This document shows positions 26,757 through 38,202 of a DNA stretch of 38,202 nucleotides, piece after piece. Each line of letters begins with the position of its first letter. The stretch's first letter is position 1. The position numbers and the translations under genes are program-made. The notes below the pieces were generated by a model that ran no database searches, had not been told where the DNA came from, and worked only from the letters and a program-made list of their open reading frames with translations. The stretch comes from Eledone cirrhosa. Taxonomy: Eukaryota. The stretch spans positions 1-38,202 of the forward strand of contig CAXHJY010001060.1 of the NCBI GenBank assembly GCA_964016885.1, read 5' to 3'.

Positions 26757-27176
26757 CTCACGAATGAGATTCAAACCTAGAAAGTTCCCTGTGAGACACA
26801 CGCCCCGGGGTGAGGTGATTTTATGGAAGACCAGCAGACACCCATACATACTATTCTCCTCTCTCCACACCACCGATGTTGTCCAAGGGAAAGGCAAAAA
26901 CCTATTGAACTTGGCACCAGTGATGTCACAATTCATACATACATAATATAAATTATATAACTTATGTATACACTATATATGATGTCCAAGGGAAAAGTAG
27001 AGTGTTATACAGATTTGCACTAGTGACCTCGTAAATCATTTCTACGCCTGGGTGAATTGGACTGACGTGAAATAAAGCGTTTTGTTCAAGGACAGTAACA
27101 CAGTAACCAATCCGTGAATCGAACTCAACCTCACCATTGTAAATCCAAAGCTCAAAGCACTGAGCCACGCACCTCT
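26757..27176 (-). mobile_element. CORE-type tRNA-SINE pieces (5' part 26981-27176, 3' part 26757-26934)
   Basis: Minus strand has A-box tggctcagtg, B-box gttcgattc and CORE-like tgtccttgaacaaaacgctttatttcac. The middle segment (gtccaagggaaa..gcac.agtga) is present in both pieces. Confidence 0.75.
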
Positions 27177-27861
27177 ACTCTTTATACTTCATCTGTCGGT
27201 AAATATATACAATTGAAGAGGAAGTAATTTTCACAGGCCGTATCTTCTACATAATTCAATTTCCTGTAATATCTGGTATATATTCATCTCAATATGCCAT
27301 ACGTTTAATTCTCAGCAATGAATAAATACTTTCTAGGTTTTATATCATCAATGGCAGTTTTGTTATATTTCATGTCACAAATGAATATATTTCTTTTGTA
27401 TTCTCACAGTAGCAGAATACAATATCCAGAGTAGGATATCAGTAATTCACATAAACATTTGATACTTAATAAATAAAGTTATGATTCAATCTAAAATTTC
27501 ATAAATTATCAAAACACATACATTCTACTTTAACACACACGTCTCAATACAAACGTTGCTCTGGTAACTTTCTCCGTCTCTCTCTCAAATTATACACACA
27601 TATATACACACACACTCAAATTATACACACATATATATAAACACACACACACACATATATATATATGCATATAATTTGAGAGAGAGAGAGAATGATTTAT
27701 AAGAGCAACGTTTTATATATATATAATATATATCCACACGTACGAGAAAACCACCAACGCTATCCGCAGGACTTCGCGACATCAACTTGGCCCATTCGGG
27801 CCCCTCCCTACAGATATGCCTCGCCAGGAACACTCTCTTATATATATATATATATATATAA

Positions 27862-28279
27862 AAAGAGTCAGGACCCCGACAGCTGAGCTCCAGCCGTTTC
27901 GACAGCTAGATGAATTTCCTGGTGATTGTTTACGAATGAAAGAAAATCCTGCAGAAGCTAGTTATATAATAGTAATAATTGTTTTCTACTTTTGGCACAA
28001 GGCCAGAAAATTATCCCTGTGTATTACTAGTACGTTATTTTATCGACCCCGTAAGGATGAAAGTAAAGTCAACCTCGGCGGGATTTGAACTCAGATCGTA
28101 AAGGGACGTAACTATGCTGGAAAACAAGGCGTCCAACCCTCTACCGATACTGCCAATCAACATGATATATATATATATATAGGAAAATGTATGACACCGA
28201 CGGCAGAGCTCAAGCCGTTTCGACGGCTATTTCTAAGTATTGGTTATGGTCCATCTGGTTCCTTACCACAACTCCTTCG

Positions 28280-28283
<4 letters not shown>
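27862..28283. mobile_element. Family X fragments (27862-27910, 28195-28283) around a SINE
   Basis: ggaccccgacagctgagctccagccgtttcgacagc and the gttatggtccatctggttccttaccaca tail. Confidence 0.7.
27977..28161 (-). mobile_element. Near full-length Meta-domain tRNA-SINE
   Basis: Matches 22830-23006. Confidence 0.9.
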
Positions 28284-28335
<52 letters not shown>

Positions 28336-29143
28336 AATATGTGTGTGGTGTATGTGTGAGTGTTAATGCTAGTATGTATATGTATGTATGTGGCTATGAT
28401 TATGGAAGTCTTTGGAATCAGCAGAGCTATCAACTCAAATCTGCTTCTATTTTTATTTAGTAATTACTCACCATGAACTAGTGCCACACGCAATTTAAAT
28501 TTAAAATGGCGCCCATGCAATTTTCACTGGGATTTGCTAACTGTCAGTAAATGCAAACATTATTCTCAACATCTCAATACGTTGAGGACTGATGATTATA
28601 TTATAAACTGACATACTACTTTCGAGTAATTCCTTCAGCTGTCGATAGAGATTTGATTAATGTCATGATCCATCAGATTTTGAAAACTAAAAGCTATAAT
28701 GCACAATCGTTGACTTAGATACACTCCGAATACGAACCGATTTAGCGTGTAAGCGTTAAATCAAGGCTGTATATTGACATAGAAAACGTGTGTCACTGAA
28801 AGACTGAAGTAGAACAATTATCGAGAGGCACAGATACAGAGCTGCAAGCACATACTAACATACATACAGAACCAATAAGATTAGGTACACATTAACATAT
28901 ATATATATGTGTGTATGTGTGTGCGCGCACATACATGTATATATATATGTATATATATATGTGTGTGTGTAGAGAGAGAGAGGTGTGTGGGGTTCAAGTA
29001 GGCAACAAACAGGTACAAAATGTCTTATTAGTTTTGCGTTTTATATTGGAAAGAGGAAAGAATGTTCGACGTATGGGGCTTAACCCCTTCTTCAAGAGTA
29101 CAAATTAAAGACAGTATCACAATGAAGAAACAGAATAAAGGTT

Positions 29144-30771
<1,628 letters not shown>

Positions 30772-31559
30772 ATAAATTAATATTTGATGAACATTGATTT
30801 ATTATTTTCTAGATCGTACAGGCAGACCTTATGTTGTTGAATTAAGATTTTTCACTCTAGCGATCTTATTAGTCAATTGCAACTATAACATGTAAATGTT
30901 CATCAAATATTAATTTATACTGCTCAGAAGCGATTCCTAGAGCTGAAATGATTGTAAATGACCTCTCTGAGTCTAAACTCTAAGCTATTTATCACTGCTC
31001 CCCAAGGTGAGCTGAATTTTGTAATCCCATACAAACGGCTGTTATTTCTAGCACTATGTGTAGGACGTTAGAGGACTGGAATAAGCCGTGTGCAAAACCT
31101 CGTGTATTTTCGCTACGCTAACCAGACCTTAGATATTTTTCTAAGGTTGAGTTATTTTATTTTTATCTGGGTACCTATTGATAAACACAGAAAAAGTTGA
31201 TTAACTCACTGCTAATTAGTTAATTATTTTACTATTATACCATCCTTTGTGAAACATGTTTGAAGTTTGAAGTTCTGACCGATCTGCGGAAAAAGTTTGT
31301 ATTTTGAATTTTAAACGTGTCTAGGTACCAAGGCTTTTTGCCCATATGAGTCTGTGAGTATTGATTTATTATTTTCTAGATCGTACAGGCAGACCTTATG
31401 TTGTTGAATTAAGATTTTTCACTCTAGCGATCTTATTAGTCAATTGCAACTATAACATGTAAATGTTCATCAAATATTAATTTATACTGCTCAGAAGCGA
31501 TTCCTAGAGCTGAAATGATTGTAAATGACCTCTCTGAGTCTAAACTCTAAGCTATTTAT
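30772..31559. mobile_element. Young non-autonomous element: 200-bp identical direct repeats (period 567) plus a 24-bp inverted head
   Basis: 30793-30992 equals 31360-31559, and 30772-30795 is the reverse complement of 30895-30918. (TA)n lies on both sides. Confidence 0.85.
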
Positions 31560-31985
<426 letters not shown>

Positions 31986-32179
31986 GAGAGAGAGAGGAGT
32001 CAGCACAGCTGTCGAAAGGCCCGGAGCTCTACTACCTAAGTATCGAGTACACTGCTCTGGTGCGTTATGGTCCACCTGGTTCCTTAACACACTTCCTTCG
32101 TTTTATATATATATAGCCACCAGAATCAGAACGGCGGGAATCCGATCGTTGAATCCCAAGTCTTAATATATATATATAT

Positions 32180-32376
32180 AACAAAGGAAGCGTTTTTTTG
32201 TTTTGATGACAGCGAGCGAAGTTTGAAATTGAGTTAGAAATAGAAGCTTTCGCCGTATTTTGACCAAAGAAAATTAGCCTGATAGTGGGGTTTAAAACCC
32301 TCTAAGTGGAAAAGGATGAGTATTGATGTACATGGGAGTCGAACCCACATCTTTGGTTGCCCATACCAATGTAATG
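32180..32376 (-). mobile_element. tRNA-headed small repeat
   Basis: Minus strand has B-box gggttcgactccc. The body is related to 2639-2870. Confidence 0.55.
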
Positions 32377-32415
<39 letters not shown>

Positions 32416-32422
<7 letters not shown>

Positions 32423-32796
32423 GTGAGGTTTTTTTTACAAAATGAAAAATAACCGAGGTGTCCTACACGAGTGAAAGTATAAAGAAAAAGAGATGAAATC
32501 GAAAATGCAACTGGAGTCTTATTTTTTTTAAAAATATATATATATTTATTTGGTTCCTTTACCGGTTTCGCAGTTCTTCTGCTTCTCGAAAAACCTGGCA
32601 TTTCGAGCCACTTTTTCCATATAAAACAAGTAACATTCAGAGACCAACCAGATGTGAGAAAAACCACAGACCCTCCATCTCAACTCACCTTTTGAAAAGC
32701 AGAAGAACTGCGAAACCGGTAAAGGAACCAAATAAATATATATATATTTTTTAAAAAAATAAGACTCCAGTTGCATTTTCGATTTCATCTCTTTTT

Positions 32797-32803
<7 letters not shown>
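32416..32803. mobile_element. PLE-like non-autonomous element with ~107-bp inverted arms carrying hammerheads
   Basis: 32478-32584 is approximately the reverse complement of 32697-32803. (TA)n lies on both sides. Confidence 0.8.
32688..32725 (+). ncRNA. Minimal type I hammerhead, U3-A8 covariant core
   Basis: cctt TTGAAAA gcag aagaa ctgc GAAA ccgg TA aagg, with AATAAA at 32731-32736. Confidence 0.7.
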
Positions 32804-32851
<48 letters not shown>

Positions 32852-33165
32852 GACTTGGGATTCAACGATCGGATTCCCGCCGTTCTGATTCTGGTGGCTT
32901 AATTCGGATCTAGCTGTTGAAACGGCCAGAGCTCAGTCGTCGAAACCTTGAATCTTTTCAGATTACCCTCTCTACTACCCCAAGTATCGAGTACTCTGTT
33001 GCGTTATGGTCCACTTGGTATCTTGTAACACCCTCTTTGTTATATAATATTATATTATATAATATACACAAACCCTTTTCTCCTACCGGTAACTGGCTAG
33101 ACCTTAGTACTGCCCTCCATATTTATAATTATATATAAACCATATATAAGTATAAATATTATTAT

Positions 33166-33204
<39 letters not shown>

Positions 33205-33207
<3 letters not shown>

Positions 33208-33376
33208 GACGGAACTGCGCAGGATCTCGGAAGAATCGCTCCATGAGAGCATGCAAGCGTGGCAGAAAAGGATGGAAAGTACATTAGACTCCGGGGGATT
33301 AGTTTGAAGGAGAAAACTCTTAGTGTGAAATAAGTCTTTTGTGACATCAGTCCTAGAACTTTTCTGACACACCTCG
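33205..33376 (+). mobile_element. Mariner transposon 3' end (transposase C-terminus plus TIR)
   Basis: [24 protein letters not shown], then a frameshifted ..G(DY)FEGE-like end. TIR cagtcctagaacttttctgacacacctcg followed by TA. Confidence 0.8.
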
Positions 33377-33447
33377 TATATATATATATATATACCCACT
33401 CTACTACCCTAAGTATTGAGTACTCTGGTGCGTTATGGTCCATCTGG

Positions 33448-33643
33448 TATATATATATATATATGCATATATATATGCATATATATGCATATATATATAT
33501 ATGCATATATATATATATGCATATATATATATATATATGCATATATATATATATATGAATATATATATATATATATGCATATATATATATATATGAATAT
33601 ATATATATATATGAATATATATATATATATGAATATATATATA

Positions 33644-33717
<74 letters not shown>

Positions 33718-34098
33718 TATATACATATATATGCATATATATATATATATATGCATATATATATATATGCATATGCATATATATATATGCATATATATAT
33801 ATATATATATGCATATATATATATATATATATATGCATATATATATATATATATATATGTGCATATATATATATATATATGCATATATATATGCATATAT
33901 ATATATATATATGCATATATATATATATATATATATGCATATATATATATATGCATATATATATATATGCATATATATGCATATATATATATATATGCAT
34001 ATATATGCATATATATATATGCATATATATGCATATATATATATGCATATATATGCATATATATATATATATGCATATATATGCATATATATATATAT

Positions 34099-34137
<39 letters not shown>

Positions 34138-34179
34138 TATATATATATATATATATATATATGCATATATATATATATA

Positions 34180-34233
<54 letters not shown>

Positions 34234-34250
34234 TATATATATATATATAT
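33448..34250. repeat. (TA)n array punctuated by TGCA
   Basis: Self-complementary atatgcatat units. Confidence 0.96.
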
Positions 34251-34934
34251 GACCGTATGTGTGGTCTATGTGCGCACAAATACACACATATATATATATA
34301 CACATACACACATGCATATATATCCATATACACACTTATATATATATACACACACACACATATATATCTACACACACACATACATATATATATATGTTTG
34401 TCTGTGTGAGTGAGTGTTTGACTAAATACTTGTGTAATGTGTAAATACTGTATATGTGTGTTTCTATATTTCTGTATATTTCTGACTTAACTGTGTGCTT
34501 GTACCTAAGTTTATAAGGATGAGTATTTGTTTAGTCTACTCCAGATTAATTAATACTGATGAAACAAACAAATATCTTGTTTTAATTAATAAGAAGACGA
34601 TTGAATATTGCAGAATATAGAATATTGCAGAATATAGGAGACAAATTGGTAAAAAAAAACATACAATTATACAAAGACCGCAGCGACTTCAAACATTCAA
34701 AATCTAGAAATCCCAAAATCAGCAAATTCAAAAGCATGCAAACAATGTGCAACGGAAGAAAACAAAATTATGTTGTTTTCAATTTAAAATTTTTAAAAAG
34801 CAAACAGTGACGTCATCATTACAACTGGAAGAAAATCGTATCTAATTAAAATATATCTTCTTCAAAGTAGATATCCATTCACGAATACATACACTTTCAT
34901 CCGATCAGAGAACTGAAATGTGTACGTATGTGCG

Positions 34935-35010
<76 letters not shown>

Positions 35011-35240
35011 TGTGTGTGTGTATACATGTGTATATATATATATATGTGTGTGTATATATATATATATATTATATATATATATATATATATATGTGTGTCT
35101 TTGTTTGTATGTGCGTGGATGTGTGTGTATGTGTTTGTGTGTGTATATGTGTGTACATGTGTGTGCGTATGTGTATGTGTGTGTATGACATAAGAAACAC
35201 TGGAAAAACATTGAAATTAAAATGTAGTTCTAACAAAAAA

Positions 35241-35372
35241 TAATTGTTTCTACGTTAGGCACAAGGCCAGCAAATTACCCAGTGCATTACTGGTACTTTA
35301 TTTTATCGACCCCCGTAAGTATGAAAGGCAAAGTCAACCTCGGCGGGATTTGAACTCAGATCGTAAAGGGAA
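35241..35372 (-). mobile_element. Meta-domain tRNA-SINE, 5'-truncated
   Basis: Matches 22826-22955. Confidence 0.88.
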
Positions 35373-35391
35373 ACAAAATCCATATATATAT

Positions 35392-35439
<48 letters not shown>

Positions 35440-35592
35440 ATAAATGCTCTGAAATAGCGATATATATGTGAATATAGACATAGAATATTCGAAAATATTC
35501 TGTATGTTTATAATAAACATTTTGAAGACCTAATCGCTATAGAATAGAATACGTCACGTATTACAATTAGATTCTCGATAAAAGCAAGGGAA

Positions 35593-35635
35593 GTAATCTA
35601 CGCGTTTCATTCTTGTTAGAAATCATCAGGACTAC
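35593..35635 (-). ncRNA. Type I hammerhead ribozyme (retrozyme copy 1)
   Basis: Exact reverse complement of 36343-36385. Confidence 0.85.
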
Positions 35636-35902
35636 ATATCCAGTGCTTTTATCGAGAATGACACAGCTAGAGACTTATAGAATACTTAGCTGTGTACAGG
35701 AACTGGTTTGAAAGAGCGGTTGCCGGTCCGGCAGAAATTAGAAATTGGAATAAATGCTCTGAAATAGCGATATATATGTGAATATAGACATAGAATATTC
35801 GAAAATATTCTGTATGTTTATAATAAACATTTTGAAGACCTAATCGCTATAGAATAGAATACGTCACGTATTACAATTAGATTCTCGATAAAAGCAAGGG
35901 AA

Positions 35903-35945
35903 GTAATCTACGCGTTTCATTCTTGTTAGAAATCATCAGGACTAC
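35903..35945 (-). ncRNA. Type I hammerhead ribozyme (retrozyme copy 2)
   Basis: Exact reverse complement of 36343-36385, located 310 bp from copy 1. Confidence 0.85.
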
Positions 35946-36342
35946 ATATCCAGTGCTTTTATCGAGAATGACACAGCTAGAGACTTATAGAATACTTAGC
36001 TGTGTACAGGAACTGGTTTGAAAGAGCGGTTGCCGGTCCGGCAGAAATTAGAAATTGGAATAAATGCTCTGAAATAGCGATATATATGTGAATATAGACA
36101 TAGAATATTCGAAAATATTCTGTATGTTTATAAATTAGGTCTTCAAAATGTTTATTATAAACATACAGAATATTTTCGAATATTCTATGTCTATATTCAC
36201 ATATATATCGCTATTTCAGAGCATTTATTCCAATTTCTAATTTCTGCCGGACCGGCAACCGCTCTTTCAAACCAGTTCCTGTACACAGCTAAGTATTCTA
36301 TAAGTCTCTAGCTGTGTCATTCTCGATAAAAGCACTGGATAT

Positions 36343-36385
36343 GTAGTCCTGATGATTTCTAACAAGAATGAAACGCGTAGATTAC
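36343..36385 (+). ncRNA. Type I hammerhead ribozyme (retrozyme inverted copy)
   Basis: gtagtc CTGATGA t-ttct aaca agaa-t GAAA cgcg TA gattac, with predicted cleavage after A36379. Stem I is extended by the perfect 16-bp helix 36319-36334 / 36392-36407. Confidence 0.85.
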
Positions 36386-36505
36386 TTCCCTTGCTTTTAT
36401 CGAGAATCTAATTGTAATACGTGACGTATTCTATTCTATAGCGATTAGGTCTTCAAAATGTTTATTATAAACATACAGAATATTTTCGAATATTCTATGT
36501 CTATA

Positions 36506-36555
<50 letters not shown>

Positions 36556-36675
36556 TATATACATATAAATATATATAAATATACATATAAATATATATAT
36601 ATATATATATATATCCATATATCTATATCTATCTCTATATCTATCTATATCTATCCATATATATATATATATGCA

Positions 36676-37927
36676 TATGTGCCTTGCCCCCGCGAATACC
36701 TTACCAAAATGGAACGCCTTCTCTTCAAGTTCCTCTGGAAGAAACAGGCTCCATTGGTGAGGAGATCCATCTGCTGTCAACACCCTTCTAACGGAGGGCT
36801 GGGCATGCCGTGGCTAATGATGCGCGAACACGCGCTGAGGCTACGCCATCTCCAGGTATTCCTGACCGGTGACCGGTGTGCTTTCGTTTGTGAGACAAGC
36901 TCTTCCACTACTCGTCCCACTAACAGAGCTGCAGTCCTGGGTCACGCGAAGACCGAAAATGGGTGCCTGGCACCTCGAATGCCTACATGCGCTCACAGCC
37001 CTCTACCAAGCGGAAACGGCAATCAGCGGAGACTCCACTTCGACATTCTATAGGGGATTAGTGGAGGATTAGTGCGAGGCAACTCTAAGCATGGAGGAGG
37101 ATGAACTGACCAGTCTGATCAGGAGGACTTTCTGTCCAGGGCCTATGGATAATTTCCAGAGGTCTCTGGTCTGGCAGTGCTACCGAAGAGCTCTACACCA
37201 GTTCGAGACAAAAATCTACAGGCACGGTCGCCCTGGCAGAGATCCTGCCAAAAGGACCTGTCCAAGATGTGAGCAGGACATCGAAACTGTTCTGCACGCA
37301 ATTGTTCAGTGCCCAGGGGTGACCGACCTGTAGAATTATGTCGAACAGCTACTGTCTCCTGTGGGACGCATCCAGTTGTCAGCCGAGTCCATCGTGAGGA
37401 TGGCCCCGCCGCATTCATTTAAGAACGAAGGAGAGGCGGTTTTCCTCTGCCTGGTGGTTATGGCGAAAGAGGTAATATGGTGAACGAGGTTAAAAGGACT
37501 GAGAGCAAACACCTTTCTCCCCGGACAACAACTTATCCCCTTCTTTAAGTATCACTTCAGAAGGAAGGTGAGAGTGGAGAGAGAGGGGTGCTACACCCCA
37601 GTAAATTCGCTGAAAGGTGGGCGAATATGGCGAAAAGTGCCCGAGTGAATAGGCCTTCTCTGTATATAAACCTGTAGGATGAGGGAGGTAAACAGAGGGA
37701 AGACAGGAACACCTACAAAACGCGCTCCTGGGGTTGAGGGTTGTTCTATCCACGGGGTGTAAAACAACCCTGCAGTAACGTTCCCCTCTATTGGTGATTT
37801 CAATTGTTATTTTATTATATATAGTTTATTGTTATTTATTAATGTTAAAGTTATTTTTATGTAAAACCCCCGCTGTCACGTATTGTAATTTTCCATTTTT
37901 GTACGCCCCCGTGGCAAATAAAGAAAG
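36676..37927 (+). mobile_element. 5'-truncated, decayed L1/Tx1-clade LINE (ORF2 C-terminus plus 3' UTR)
   Basis: LLFKFLWKK...[12 protein letters not shown] post-RT motif and CCHC knuckle CPRCEQDIETVLHAIVQC, with frameshifts and stops. Ends gtggcaaataaagaaa followed by (TATC). Confidence 0.9.
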
Positions 37928-37949
37928 ATATCTATCTCTCTCTATATAT

Positions 37950-37995
<46 letters not shown>

Positions 37996-38018
37996 CTATC
38001 TACCTATCTCTCTAATTA

Positions 38019-38052
<34 letters not shown>

Positions 38053-38202
38053 CACACATATATCTTAGTCACTAATTATATTCTACATATGCTTCAGCAG
38101 ATTTCTTTTACGTATTATCCGACGAAGCCTTTGAAAAAACTTCAGTCCCTGAAATCAACGATCTGACGAGATTAATATTGATAGGAGTCAATAATACAAT
38201 GT

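Larger units (their letters stand above)
32115..32899. repeat. Perfect ~52-bp inverted arms of family X enclosing nested insertions
   Basis: 32115-32166 is the reverse complement of 32848-32899. The right arm continues as family X to about 33043. Confidence 0.85.
35434..36509. mobile_element. Candidate non-LTR retrozyme: 310-bp hammerhead-containing tandem repeat with an inverted copy
   Basis: Identical units at 35434-35743 and 35744-36053 and a partial unit at 36054-36133, all ribozyme-sense on the minus strand. Inverted 1.2 units at 36134-36509 are plus-sense. (TA)n lies on both sides. Confidence 0.88.

Noticed and set aside
28460-28700. Minus-strand ATG|GTGAGT donor-like site and a YY1-like aaaatggcg motif suggesting a first exon or promoter
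   Set aside because: Isolated short motifs with no supported downstream gene structure.
30793-31559. LTR retrotransposon or TRIM
   Set aside because: The direct repeats lack TG..CA ends, and no PBS, PPT or TSD is evident. Kept instead as a tandem-unit element.
35434-36133. CRISPR array or ordinary satellite
   Set aside because: There are no unique spacers and the context is eukaryotic. The units are 310 bp, identical and carry a ribozyme.

Overview
This is a very AT-rich, non-coding eukaryotic window. The SINE families resemble those I recall from octopod cephalopods, so that origin is inferred rather than confirmed. About half of it is simple-sequence DNA: (TA)n/(TACA)n/(TATG)n, (CAT)n and (GGT)n/(CAC)n. 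Nearly all supplied ORFs are microsatellite artefacts, and no host gene can be supported. The rest is mobile-element debris: about 11 copies of a Meta-domain tRNA-SINE, a CORE-type SINE, L1/Tx1 and RTE LINE remnants, hAT and Tc2 MITEs, and a mariner end. The main hidden signal is a dense set of type I hammerhead ribozymes (HHRs) with palindromic stem III, about 8 recognisable plus several decayed. The best case is a young array of identical 310-bp units at 35434-36509, each carrying one HHR. It has two and a quarter tandem copies plus an inverted copy and sits inside (TA)n, which fits a non-LTR retrozyme predicted to release a highly structured 310-nt RNA able to circularise. Several unrelated small repeat families share the same architecture of an inverted segment beside (TA)n. 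This suggests a guild of non-autonomous RNAs mobilised by Penelope-like elements (PLEs). A 5'-truncated HDV-like ribozyme candidate heads an RTE-related element. All structures were folded by eye; no searches were run.
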